This document shows positions 12,571 through 24,819 of a DNA stretch of 64,000 nt, piece by piece (the first letter of the stretch is position 1; each line of letters opens with the position of its first letter). The position numbers and the translations under genes are program-made. The notes under the pieces were generated by a model. The model was not told the DNA's origin, did not search any database, and worked only from the letters and a program-made list of their open reading frames with translations. The stretch is from Chiloscyllium plagiosum. Taxonomy: Eukaryota. Location: assembly GCF_004010195.1 (NCBI RefSeq), contig NC_057750.1:6784554-6848553 (forward strand), read 5' to 3'.

Positions 12571-12939
12571 ACAGATTATCAATGTTGTTGCAGAGACCTT
12601 TGTTCCTTTGCAAAATATCAGGATTTCATTCATTCTTATGCTGTAAAGATGCAATAAATATGGAGAACACTGATGGAACTCAAGTAATGAAGAGTGCTGT
12701 TTCAGCACACTATACCACTTAATGGTGTGCGTAGCTTTAAAGATTTACCTTCATTATTCACTATATATTAATTTGTGAACCACTTTCCAATATCCTTCAA
12801 ACATAAATCAGAAGTACATTTTTTCAGAAAAAGGATTGAACCTGCACAGTGCCTTTTGTGACCTCAGGGAATTCCAAAGCACATTAAAACCCATGATATA
12901 TGTTTTTGAAGTGTCGTCATCTTCATAATATAGGAAAAT

Positions 12940-13351
12940 TTAGTGCTCCCCCACTGATACCTCAGTCACCTGCCCTGCCTTATTTCCCAAGAGTAGGTCA
13001 AGTTTTGCACCTTCTCTAGTAGGTACATCCACATACTGAATCAGAAAATTGTCTTGTACACACTTAAGAAATTCCTCTCCGAGAATTTCCTCTCCATCTA
13101 AACCTTTGACACTATGGCAGTCCCAGTCGATGTTTGGAAATCTAAAATCCTCTACCATAACTACCCTATTATTCTTACAGATAGCTGAGATCTCCTTACA
13201 AGTTTGTTTCTCAATTTCCCTCTGACTATTGGGGGGTCTATAATACAATCCCAATAAGGTGATCATCCCTTTCTTATTTCTCAGTTCCACCCAAATAACT
13301 TCCCTGGATGTATTTCCAGGAATATCCTCCCTCAGCACAGCTGTAATGTTC
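12940..13351 (-). mobile_element. CR1 endonuclease fragment
   Basis: EVIWVELRNKKG..YYRPPNS..FPNIDW..LDLLLGN. Confidence 0.9.
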
Positions 13352-15355
13352 ATGTGAAGAACAAGAGGATGGCCAGTACGAGGGTAGGGTTGATCGCAGA
13401 TAGTGGGGGGAATTTGCACCTGGTGTTGGAGGAGGTAGGGGAAGTCGTTAATAAACACTGAGCTTCAGCATTCACTACTGAGAGGGACCTTGTCGTTTAT
13501 GAGGACAGCGTGAAACAGGCTGATATGCTCAAACAGGTTGATGTTAATAAGGAGGATGTGCTGAAAAGTTTGAAAAACAAAAGGATAGATAAGTCCCCTG
13601 GGCCAGATGGGATATAGGGTGGAGAGTATGGTGCTGGAAAAGCACAGCAGGTCAGGCAACATCCAAGGAGCAGGAAAATCGACATTTTGGGCATAAACCC
13701 TTCATCAGGAATTATGCCTGAAACATTGACCCTCCTGCTCCCCTGACCTGCTGCGCTTTTCCAGCACCTCATTCTCAACTCTAATCTCCAGCATCTGCAG
13801 TCCTCACTTTCTCCCAACTGGGATACGCCCAAAGTTACTACAGGAAGTTTGGGAAGAGATTGCTGCGCCTTTGACGATAATCTTTGCGTCCTCATTGTCC
13901 ACTGCACTAGTGCCAGATCATTGGACGGTGGCACATATTATTCCCTTGGTCAAGAAAGGGAATGGGGATAATCCTGGGAATTACAGACCGGTCAGTCTCA
14001 CGTCAGCAGTGGGCAAATTATTGGAGAGGATTCTGAGAGACAGGATTTACGATTACTTGGAAAACCATAGTTCGATTAGAGAGAGCCAGCATGGTTTTGT
14101 GAGAGGCAGGTCATGCCTCACAAACCTGATTGAATTCTTTGAGGATGTGACAAAACACATTGTTGAAGGTAGAGCACTGGATGGGATGTTCATGGATTTT
14201 AGCAAGGCGTTTAATAAGGTTCCCCATGGTGGGTAAATTAAGAAAGTAAGGAGGCATGGGATACAGGAAAACCTGTCTGTCTGGATAGAGAATTGGCTGG
14301 CCCATAGAGGACAGAGAGTGGTGGTAGATGGAAAGTATCCAGCCTGGAGTTCAGTGACCAGTGGTGTCCTGCAGGGATCTGTTCTGAGACCACTGCTCTT
14401 TGTGATTTTTATAAATGACTTGGATGAGGAAGTGGAAGGGTGGGTTAGTAAGATTACCAATGACATGAAGGTTGGTGGAGTGGTGGGTAGTGTGGAGGGC
14501 TGTTGTAGGTTACAACGGGATATTGACAGGATGCAGAACTGGGCTGAGAAGTGGCAAATGGAGTTCAACCTGGAAAAGTGTGAAGTGATTGACTTTGGAA
14601 GGTCAAATTTGAATGCAGAATACAGGGTTAAAGGCAGGATTCTTGGCAGTGTGGAGGATCAGAGGGATCGTGGAGTCCACATCCATAGATCCCTCAAAAT
14701 TGCCACCCAAGTTGTTTGGATTGTTAAGTAGGTGTACGGTGTATTGGCTTTCATTAGTGGGGGATTGATTTTAAGAGCAGGGAGGTTATGCTGCAGCTCT
14801 ATAGAGCCTTGGTTAGACCACACTTGGAATATTGTGTTCAGTTCTGGTCACCTCATTACAGGAAAGATGTGGAAGTTTTACAGAGGGTGCAGAGGAGATT
14901 TACCAGGATGCTGCCTGGACTGGAGGGCATGTCTTATGAAGAAAGGTTGAGAGAGTGAGGGCTTTTCTCATTGGAGCGAAGAAGGATGAGAGGTGACTTG
15001 ATGGAGTGTACAAGGTAATGAGAGGGATAGATAGAGTGGATAGCCAGAGACTTTTCCCCAGGGTGGAAATAGCTATTACGAAAGGACATAATTTTAAGGT
15101 GATTGGAGGAAGATTTAGGGGTGATGTCAGAAGTAGGTTCTTTACACAGAGAGTGGTGGGTGTGTGGAATGCACTGCCAGCAGTGGGAGTAGGGTCAGAT
15201 ACATTAGGGATGTTTAAGCGACTCTTGGATAGGCACCTGGAAGATAGTACAATGAAGGGTATGTAGGTTAGTCTGATCTTAGAGTAGGATATAAGGCTGG
15301 CACAGCATCGAGGGCTGAAGGGCCTGTACTGTGCTGTACTGTTCTATGTTCTACG
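13352..15355 (+). mobile_element. CR1 LINE 3' part (RT domain to 3' tail), continuing the 8375-10412 copy
   Basis: PGNYRPVSLTS, QHGF..SCLTNL, DFSKAF, QGSVL, WNALP; (TTCTATG)-like tail; stops and frameshifts. Confidence 0.92.
13616..13818. mobile_element. Penelope-like fold-back mini-element, family P2, nested in CR1
   Basis: Inverted arms gtgctggaaaagcacagcaggtcagg / cctgacctgctgcgcttttccagcac; degenerate hammerhead core; TSD tgggata(t/c) at 13608-13615 and 13819-13826. Confidence 0.8.
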
Positions 15356-15595
15356 TTGTTCTGTGTATCTGCTGCCCTTGTCCTTATAGATCGGTTGTTG
15401 TTTTCAGAGGTGATGGGGATTATCTTTTACACCAAGAGTAGTGGAGATTTGGAATCTTCTCCCTCTTTCATAATCCAAAGGAAATCGGTAACAAAAACAG
15501 GGAGAGACCAGGAGAGGTGAGGGGGATTGGGCTCAGGCTGACACAGGCAGCATAGGCTGGGTGGTCTCCTCATGTACTGAGCCTCTGTCGAACCC

Positions 15596-15688
15596 AAAGT
15601 CAGAAGTCACACAACACAGGGTTATAGTGCAATAGGTTTATTCGAAATCACAAGCTTTCGGAGCGCTGCCCCTTCATCAGGCGGAGTG
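15596..15688 (-). mobile_element. P1-related PLE fragment with intact hammerhead core
   Basis: Minus strand CCTGATGA-A-GGGGC-AGC-GCTCC-GAAA-GCTT. Confidence 0.7.
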
Positions 15689-16010
15689 TTTAGAACCCAA
15701 GACGTATTGTCCACCAGGAGCTATGAAGCTTTGTAAAGAGTTGGGGGGGGGGGGGGTATGAGGGGATTATACACATGATCACGATAAACTGAAATGCCAA
15801 TGAACAAATGAATGAATGAATGATTTTAGTGTTTCGTGTATTTTAGTGAGAAAAACAGTCAAATACAGTGAAAAGCTTTCCCACTGTCACCGTGATCATT
15901 TTCAGTAGTTTATGATTAGGAAATAAAAAATAGAAAGAACGAGCTTAAAGAGAGTCCATGGGTCCTGAGCAGCTCATCATCAAAGATGCCGGGGCCGTTA
16001 TTCCTCTCCT

Positions 16011-16374
16011 CCACCGCCATCACCACCACCACCGCCATCACCGCCATCATCACCGCCATCACCACCACCACCGCCATCACCGCCATCATCACCGCCATCA
16101 CCACCATCATCACCACCATCATCACCACCATCACCACCATCATCACCATCACCACCATCATCACCACCATCTTCAGCTCCACCATCATCACCATCATCAC
16201 CATCACCACCATCATCACCGCCATCATCACCACCATCATCACCACCATCACCACCATCATCACCACCATCATCACCACCATCATCACCGCCATCATCACC
16301 GCCATCACCACCATCATCACCATCACCACCATCATCACCACCATCATCACCGCCATCACCACCATCACCACCAC
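16011..16374. repeat. (CAC/CAT/CGC)n trinucleotide array, the expanded 3' tail of the adjacent RTE LINE
   Basis: Read directly; abuts the RTE 3' end. Confidence 0.9.
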
Positions 16375-16750
16375 TGGCAGTCTCTCGCAGTCGAGGATGA
16401 CTCTCTCAGGGTGAGTCTGCAGGTGACTGTACAGACCGATGGGCCTACCGCAGGCCCTGTTACACTGGGGGCAGGAGGTGGTCATGGGAAGGGGGTGGGT
16501 GGGGCGTTGGTGAGGCAGCGTGCTCCTCTTGCTGTTTCCCCGATAGCGAGTCTCGAGGTGTTTGACACCTTCCCGGATGCTCCTCCTCCACTTTGGATGG
16601 TTTTGGGTCAGTGATTTCCCAGGTGCCAGGGGGAATGCTGCACTTCCCCAGTGAGGCCTTGAGGCACCTCCTCTGTCCCACCTGGGGCTCACCAGCCGTT
16701 TGGGAGCTGGGAGTAGAGCACCCGCTTGGGGAGACATGCTCAGCCCCATC
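16375..16750 (-). mobile_element. RTE-clade LINE 3' end
   Basis: Frameshifted LKASLGKCSIP..W, PKWRRSIREG, and C2H2-like CPQCNRACGRPIGLYSHLQTH. Confidence 0.75.
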
Positions 16751-17337
16751 AGACTGTGAGACTGGTAAATCATATGGAAAAATGGATATATGATTGAATG
16801 AAAGGGCTAAGAAGAGGTTGTAAGATTTGGGACAGCACAGTTTTATTTTGACTTGTATTCCAAATACACTGAAATTAGGTTGGATAATTATGCACAAACT
16901 CTTAACGTCTGAATTTAAAATCCCTTGCTCAGCAAGTTTGAGAGGCGCTTTAAGACCTTCACCAAAGAAACCTTGACATAAAAGAAAACAATTGTAATTG
17001 ACGGAAACCTTTTCACAAATACATGCTACTATTCTAAAGAATAATTTTGAACGATTCTTGTAAGTAGATGAGAATAACATGAAACTACAGCATCCATGGG
17101 GATGTTCTGTTCTGGTTGCAGCAAATAAATGTGAGAGAGAACATTTCGGTAATTACACAGTGAGATGGTCCATAGAGAGAGGAAGGAAAAATCAATTAGA
17201 AAAGGGAAATTATAGATGAGCAAAATAGGCAAAAAAAAAGAGATAAGAAAGGAAACAAATCCATTATTGCTTAAGTGATTGTCATGGCTTGTTAATTTTA
17301 ATCATGTGTTATTTTGATACAGGGCAATATTTCAGAT

Positions 17338-17672
17338 GATGGTCTCATGGTCTTATTGCTAAGATATCAATCCAGAGATGCAGGTGATATTCCAGACACC
17401 TGCGTTCAAATCCTGCTATGGTAAATAGTGGAATTTGAATATAAGAAAAATCTGGAATTAAGATTTCAATAATGACCCTGAAACAATTATCAGAGGAAAT
17501 GCCCATTCTGTTCACTCATGTCCTTTAGGAAAGGAAACTGCCATCCTTACCTGGTCTGGCCTCCATGTGACTCCAGACCCATAGCAATGTGGTTGATTCT
17601 TAACTACCCTCTGGGCAATTAGGAGTGAACAATAAATGTTAGCCCACCCATTTACTGTGAATGAATAAAAAA
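17338..17672 (+). mobile_element. tRNA-derived SINE family B
   Basis: B box gttcaaatcc, core ggaaactgccatccttacctggtctggcc..gtgactccagaccc, and the LINE-shared tail. Confidence 0.75.
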
Positions 17673-17929
17673 TGAACACGCAATGTGCATGTGGTCTGGG
17701 TGACAGGGGGTAAAGGCAGAAAACAAATTAATCAAGGTCACCTTGCTCCATCTTTGCGCTTTTCACAAGTGGGGTGGTGAGAATCTCAGCAGGGACCGGT
17801 GAGATGTCAACTAACGGTCATTACTGAATGTTAAATGCCTTGTTAATGCCAAAACTCACAACAGACTCCCACTTTATTGAACTCACCAAACAATCGTGAT
17901 GACAGGAAACCAGGGCAAGGACCTGGCAG

Positions 17930-18245
17930 AGTCATAGAATCCCATAGCATGGAGACAGGCCCTTTGGCTCACACTGGTCCACGCTGATCAAAACGTCCAT
18001 CCACGCTAACCCCATTTCCCTGCACTTGGCCCATATCCTTCTAAACCTTTCCTATCCATGTATTTGTCCAAATGCCTTTTAAAGGTTGTTAATGCACCCG
18101 CCTCAACCAATTCCGCTGGCCGCTCATTCCACATGCATACCACCCTCTGTGTAAAATTGTTGCCCCTCAGGTTCCTATTATTCTTGCCCCTCTAACCCTA
18201 AACTGATGCTCATTAATCCTCGATTCCCCAACCCTGGGAAAAATT
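17930..18245 (-). mobile_element. CR1 LINE 3' end
   Basis: Same tail motifs as other CR1 copies. Confidence 0.75.
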
Positions 18246-19079
18246 CAGGATTCTGACAAATCATATCATTTTTCTCCAAGTATCTAGTTACCAAATTTCT
18301 GAATGAAATACTAATATTTGCTCACAACTGACATCACGTTATCCTGCATTTGTTTTCAGTTTTCACACTCCGTCCTGTTTTAAATATTTATGATCACAAT
18401 TGCTACTTTCTAGTCTGCAGGATCATCTTCAGAATCAAAAGAGCTTTGAAGGACTTTCATCAGAGATGTGGTTCATAGATTTATGAACTTTATAGTACCA
18501 AAGGAAGTCACTGACCTATCGTGTCTGTAGCAGCTCCCAAAAGCGTTAGTGAGCAAGTTCATTTCACCAGCTGTATCTCTGTAACTCTCTAATTCATCAC
18601 TCATCATGTGTAGCAAGTTACCAATCAGGTATTCGAGTAATTCCTCTTTATTAATTCTAATTTCCTGCAGTTCCTCATTTTCACCAGTCACCCTGTTCCC
18701 AAACATTTCGGAAGGATTTTCTGTTCCTTTCTCTATAGGGACAGAATCAACGTACTCACTTCACCAGACAGAGCTGGCCTTTCTGAAGACATCAGACAAC
18801 AACACTCTGGCACCTGATGGATATGTCACCCACTCCTGCTAGAAAGTTCCAAAATCCAGCCAGTTCACTTCATGGTCAATGTCAGCACAGCCCTCTCCCT
18901 GGTGTGAGCCTGTAGTTTTTGCTGAAGGAGATGACACAGCTCTGTGATCTGCTCATTATTGAACTGAATTAGTTTCACATGTTGCACCTGGAATAGGTAT
19001 AAAATTGGAAATCAAGAGAGGATAGTGAATTGTCCTGCTCCTCCCTGTATACACAGCTTCCCTTCTGTGCAGTGTCTGC

Positions 19080-20220
19080 ACTGGTCACAGGTCTCCAGTC
19101 TGAAAAACAACCCTCCACCACCACACTCTGTCTTCTACCTTTGAGCCAGTTCTGTATCCGAATGGCTAGTTCTCCCTGTATTCCGTGAGATCTAACCTTG
19201 CTAATCAGTCTCCCATGGGGAACCTTGTTGAACGCCTTACTGAAGTCCATACAGATCACATCCACCCCTCTGCCCTCATCAATCCTCTTTGTCATTTCCT
19301 CAAAAAACTCAATCAAGATTGTGAGACATGATTTCCTACGTACAAAACCATGTTGACTATCCCTAATCAGTCCTTGCCTTTCCAAATACACGTACATCCC
19401 GTCCCTCAGGATTTCGTCCAACAACTTGCCCACCACCGAGGTCAGGCTCACCGGACTATAGTTCCCTGGCTTGTCCTTACCACCCTTCTTAAACAGTGGC
19501 ACCACGTTTGCCAACCTCCAGTCTTCCGGCACCTCACCTGTGACTATCGATGATACAAATATCTCAGCAAGAGGCTCAGCAATCACTTCTCTAGCTTCCC
19601 ACAGAGTTCTCGGTACACCTGATCAGGTCCTGAGGATTTTTAGATTAGATTAGATTACTTACAGTGTGGAAACAGGCCCTTTGGCCCAACAAGTCCACAC
19701 CGACCCGCCGAAGCGCAACCCACCCATACCCCTACATTTACCCCTTTTAACCTAACACTATGGGCAATTTAGTATGGCCAATTCACCTGACCCGCACATC
19801 TTTGTGACTGTGGGAGGAAACCGGAGCACCCGGAGGAAACCCATGCAGACACGGGGAGAATGTGCAAACTCCACACAGTCAGTCGCCTGAGGCGGGAATT
19901 GAACCCGGGTCTCTGGCGCTGTGAGGCAGCAGTGCTAACCACTGTGCCACCGTGCCGCCCACAAGGAGAAGTATTTGTCCACCTAAAAGTATTTTAAGAC
20001 ATCCAGCACGTCCTCCTCTGCAAAATAGATACATTTTAGGATAGCACTATTTATGTCCATGTGTCCTCTATCTTCCATATCCTTCTCCACAGTAAACACT
20101 GTCGTATCTCCCCCATCTCCTGCAGTTCCTACTTTGATGATCATTAAGGAGCCTATTCTCTCCCTAGTTATCCTTTTGTCCCTAATGTATTGAAAGAATC
20201 CCTTTGGATTCTCGTTAACC
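19080..20220 (-). mobile_element. CR1 RT fragment interrupted by an HE1 SINE (19641-19960)
   Basis: VPEDWRLANVVPLFKKG..PVSLTS..DFSKAF. LINE sequence resumes after the SINE. Confidence 0.85.
19641..19960 (-). mobile_element. Young HE1 SINE
   Basis: Near-consensus with CpGs intact; (AATCT)n tail. Confidence 0.92.
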
Positions 20221-20929
20221 TTATGTTGAGCATAAAATTACTCACTTCCACCCTTTGTATGAGAACCATTTCCAGATTGCCTTGTTAGTTACAAAACCGG
20301 GACAACCACCTGAAACACGAGATTCAGAAAGATATAAACAAACTGCATGTTAATTATATTGTTAAGACACAATAGAGACCTTTGTTTTAATTACCTTTGC
20401 ATGGAGCACTTATAAAGAGGGGCTGCACATCTGCACACACACAACGTGGGGGCTGGGGAAAAGATAAGCACTACCGCAGTTAGGCGGGAGTGTGGGGGAA
20501 AAATAAAGAAAACACAGGGATGTCAGAGGTTCTGTTCACTCTGAGAGCTAGCTCTGAGGGAGCTGGACCAGTGTAGAAAAAAAGAGAAAAAAATATATAT
20601 ATAAACAGGAGAAGAAGAAAAAATAAACAAGAGTGTTCTCGCACAGCATTGCCCTTTGATGTGAAGGGCAGTGCTTGTCACTGGCCACCCGGGTGTTTTC
20701 CTATCTTCCTGGTGGTGGAAATTGAGTAAAGATTCATGCACCTTGTGTCTCTCACTGTGTCTCACACCTGCACACACACACATGGGTGCTGGGGAAAAGA
20801 TAAGCACTACCGCAGTTAGGCGGGAGTCTGGGGGTTTAAAAAAAAGGACCGTCAAAGAAAAAATAAAGAGGGACTGTTGGTACACTTATAGATAGAAAGC
20901 AGTCTGAGTCAATTTTTAAAAGTAATGTT

Positions 20930-21495
20930 TACTTTTAATCCATTCATGGGCTAGGCACAGCATTTATTGCCCTAATTGCCCCAGAGGGCACATAAGGGTC
21001 AAACACATCGCTGTGGGTCTGGAGTCACGTGTAGGCCAGACCAGGTAAGGATGGCAGTTTCCTTCCCAAAATGGACGTTAGTGACTCAGGTGGATTTTCC
21101 CAACAATCGACAATGGACTCATGGTTACCATTAGTCTCTTAATTCCAGAGTTTTTATTGAATTTAAATTCCATCATTTGCCGTGGTGGGAATCGAACTCG
21201 GATCCCCAGAACGTTCCCAACAATAAAAACGGAAATTGCTGGAAAAGCTCAGCAGGTCTGACAGCATCTGCGGAGAGAAATCAGAGTGAACGTTTCACGT
21301 CCAGCGACCCTTCCTCAGAACTGGACCCGAAACGTTCACTCTGATTTCTCTCCACAGCTGCTGCCAGACCTGCTGAGCTTTTCTAGCAATTCCCATTTTT
21401 ATTTCTGATTTCCAGCGTTCATAATTCTTTTTGGTTTTTATTACCCTGAGTCTCTGAGTTAACAGTCCAGTGATAATACCACTAGGGCATTGCCT
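20930..21495 (-). mobile_element. SINE family B interrupted by a P3 fold-back element
   Basis: Reverse complement of the family B head, core and tail; interrupted at about 21220-21440. Confidence 0.75.
21221..21440. mobile_element. Penelope-like fold-back mini-element, family P3
   Basis: Inverted arms of about 80 bp (aattgctggaaaagctcagcaggtctg.. / ..cagacctgctgagcttttctagcaatt). Core remnants CTGAGGA-A-GGGTC and GACCC-GAAA-CGTT. Confidence 0.8.
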
Positions 21496-21667
21496 TCCTG
21501 AATGTGTATTTGCATCTTTCAAAATAACAAGACCTACTCAGAAATATCAGGGAACGCCATTTTTAGAAGATCGTAACATAACATTTACGACATCATGTGT
21601 AGCTTGAATAATTATTTTTCACTTCCATCTCCATCGTTAATGGAATTGGTTTGATTGCTCATATGTC

Positions 21668-21865
21668 ACTGTAATCTTACCAGATCAGAGGGGCCATTCT
21701 CTCATTAGAGAGAGAAGCAACTGGTGGTGATTTAACCTGAGGGTCACCAGAGCTCAGGGTTGAGAAGGTAACCTCAAACAGGTGATGGGAGTTGAACCCA
21801 TGTTGTTAGCATCACAGTGCTCTGCAAACTGACAATCCAGCCAACTGAGCTAAACCAACTCCCCT
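21668..21865 (-). mobile_element. tRNA-derived SINE family C (further copies near 23735, 24820-24997, 43420-43622, 61040-61215)
   Basis: Head ttagctcagttggctgg..gggttcaa; tail accctcaggttaaa..tctctctaatgagag..ctggtaaga. Confidence 0.65.
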
Positions 21866-21877
21866 GTCTGCTTCGGT

Positions 21878-22617
21878 AAAAAAATCACACAACACCAGGT
21901 TATAGTCCAACAGGTTTAATTGGAAGCACACTAGCTTTCGGAGTGTGCTTCTAATTAAACCTGTTGGGTACAGGACATTGGTTAGGCCACTGTTGGAATA
22001 CTGAGTGCAATTCTGGTCTCCTTCCTATCGGAAAGATGTTGTGAAACTTGAAAGGGTTCAGAAAAGATTTACAAGGATGTTGCCAGGGTTGGATGATCTG
22101 AGCTACAGGGAGAGGCTGAACAGGCTGGGGCTGTTTTCCCTGGAGGGTCGGAGGCTGAGGGGTGACCTTATAGAGGTTTACAAAACTATGAGGGGCATGG
22201 ATAGGCTAAATAGACAAAGTCCTTTCCCTCTGGTGGGGGAATCCAGGACTAGAGGCATAGGTTTAGGGTGAGAGGGGAAAGATATAAAAAAGACCTAAGG
22301 GGCAACTTTTTCACATATAGGGTGGTACGCATATGGAATGAGCTGCCAGAGGAAGTGGTGGAGGTTGGTACAATTGCAACATTTAAGAGGCATTTGGATG
22401 GGTATATGAATAGGAAGGGTTTGGAGGGATATGGGCCGGGTGCTGGCAAGTGGGACTAGATTGGATTGGGATATCTGGTCGGCATGGACAGGTTGGACCG
22501 AAGGGTCTGTTTCCATGCTGTACATCTCTATGACTCTCTGACTCTATGACTATAACCTGGTGTTGTGTGATTTTTAACTTTCTGCACCCCAGTCCAACAC
22601 CGGCATCTCTAAATCAT
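21878..22617. mobile_element. P1 fold-back element split by a CR1 3'-end insertion (21968-22548)
   Basis: The arm sequence ...aaacctgttgg resumes as gactataacctgg... after the CR1. The CR1 translates QFWSPSYRKD..WNELP. Confidence 0.85.
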
Positions 22618-24394
22618 GTCTGATTAGATGCCTTAGAAGAATGTTGGGAGATCTCATGACTGCAAAGGTGCTACACAAATTTAGGTCATTGTTATCCAGG
22701 CACGGTGGCATTCAAAGTTGAGGTATTGCGTTGTAAGTGGACTGGTGTTGTGCAGTCTGCTACTTTACCAGTGTGCCCCTGGGGGAGGGGTGAAGGGAGC
22801 TAAAGAATGCGGCTCAAGTTGCTCTTGGCTGCGTCAAATGGGAATCTGACCTTCTCATTGTCCTTTTCGGTGGCATCAAGAAAAATCGCCAGGCACCGTC
22901 TGGAGTCATAACTGAACAGGTTTCCAGGCACTGTTTGAATCACGGCTGAAGCAGTAAACGTTTAGTCAGAGGCTACAGAGCAACAAGCTAACTCCCAGAG
23001 GTGACAGCTCGACAGAAATCCAGAAAACTCGTGAAAAAAAAAATCTGCATTCAATTCAAAGCTAAACGGAAGTTCCTGACTCAGGGACTTTTATCAAACT
23101 TTCCAGTAAATAATTAAAGGCGTACATAATACCAATAAAAACACCAGAATGACTTCTGCACCCGAATAAAAGAAAGACGCAGTGAATTTGGAGACCACAG
23201 TACTGTTCAGATTTGAGAGGTTTGTGCAAGGTGCTGAGATACCCGAACGCACATTATGAAAGTGGCGATACCGCATGGGTTGAAACCAGTGTGTGTCTAA
23301 CGTGGTGTACCAATCTTTCCAGTTTTATGACACTTGCTGTGATTTCTCAAAACATGACCTGGCACAATCATGTCTGACTTTAGTGTGGCCCTCATGGTTC
23401 AGTCGCTGTGGGCGGTGGTGGATACGTTACAAACTCCATCCCACATGAAGAGCATGCTGTAAGTTGTGGTCAGATTCACTGGAACTTTCTGAGTTCCACT
23501 TCGGTTTGTGATGCAACACCAACGTGGTGTGTTTCTGTCCCAGCGCCATTTCAGTGTTGCTCCTTGACAGAGGGGTAAGTGCTCACCCAGAGGTTAATCG
23601 TGCTGACCAATCGCTTCTCTCTGATGACAGAGGAGCCTATTAGCCTCTCCCTTGTGAAGATATTCTCCACAGGCTTGCCTAGTTTCTGCCTCAGGAGATT
23701 TGAAGAAGGGGATGGGGGATGGTGGGGGTGGGGGGTTGCATTGTCGATTAGCTCAGTTGGCTGGACGGCTGATTTGCCAACATGGATTCAGTTGCCATCC
23801 CAGCTGAGATTACTGGTTCGGTACTGCCTCAGTGTGGTCTCCCGATCTCGAGGTGATTCCAGATCGGTCTCCCAGCCTCAAGATGAAGCGCAGCTCAGTC
23901 TGGAGTCTAGGCCCAGGACAGGAAGCTAGATAGCAGGGTGGTCTGGGTTGGAAGACCCTTGTCCTGACCTTCTATATTCTCCATTTTTGTAAGTTATTCC
24001 CAAAACCTGTATTGCTGGACTTTTCACTTCTTTATTTATCTGAGAACTGTAACTGCAAAATCGTACACAGGGATCCTTGTAGCTAAGATGACGGTGACTT
24101 AGCTACTCCTCGCTGTACTCCCAGGGCAATGAAGCGAATTCTCATTTAGGAAGGACTCGTGCTCCCCTCACTCTGGGTGAGGTCACTCCCAGGTTGAGCT
24201 GCTCTCTCTCTCTCTCTCTTTACAGAGGAGTAGCCTATGGGACTGTGGTGGCTTTCACTTCCAAGTGTGATGTCGGGACACTGTAGTAGTGTTCCCTACC
24301 TCCGAGCCGGGAGGTCTGAGCTCAAGTCCTACGTGCTCTGGAGGCATGTTATAAGATGTTCAAACTCTTTGATTTGAACAGGCACTCTACCTCA

Positions 24395-24722
24395 AGCGCT
24401 CTCTTGGAGACTCAACGTCCACCTCAGGACCCTCCAACCACACGGGATCAATGTCAACTTCACCAGTTTCCTCATCTCCCCTCCCCCCACCTCATCCAAG
24501 ATCCAACCCTCCAANNNNNNNNNNNNNNNNNNNNNNNNNNNNNNNNNNNNNNNNNNNNNNNNNNNNCTAACTTCCCCCAGCCCCACCCCCCCTCACATTT
24601 ATCTCTCAGCCCCCTTGGCACCCCTGCATTCCTGATGAAGGGTTTGTGCTCAAAACGTCGATTCTCCTGCCCCTCGGATGCTGCCTGACCGGCTGTGCTT
24701 TTCCAGCACCACCTTTTTTGAC
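24395..24722 (+). mobile_element. P2-family PLE 3' fragment (GIY-YIG end, C-rich UTR, degenerate hammerhead); contains gap 24515-24566
   Basis: RTLQPHGINVNF-like remnant followed by cctgatgaagggtttgtgctcaaaacgtc. Confidence 0.7.
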
Positions 24723-24747
24723 GTTGGTTTGGGGCAGTTGACTCTGA

Positions 24748-24819
24748 GCCCCAGTAGCTCAGTCAGTAGAGCATCAGCCTCTTTATCAGAGGGTCCAAGG
24801 TCAAGTCCCTGTCAGGGTG
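24748..24819 (+). pseudogene. tRNA-Lys-derived pseudogene
   Basis: GCCCCAGTAGCTCAGTCAGTAGAGCATCAGCCTCTTTATCAGAGGGTCCAAGGTCAAGTCCCTGTCAGGGTG aligns colinearly with vertebrate tRNA-Lys(UUU); stems are disrupted. Confidence 0.75.

Noticed and set aside
13352..15355. Active reverse transcriptase gene
   Set aside because: Multiple stops, frameshifts, a nested insertion and a damaged catalytic motif (KITNDMK in place of KFADDTK).
15916..16773. 218-aa poly-His and 285-aa Val/Met-rich ORFs
   Set aside because: They are translations of a trinucleotide array at an RTE tail, with no gene structure.
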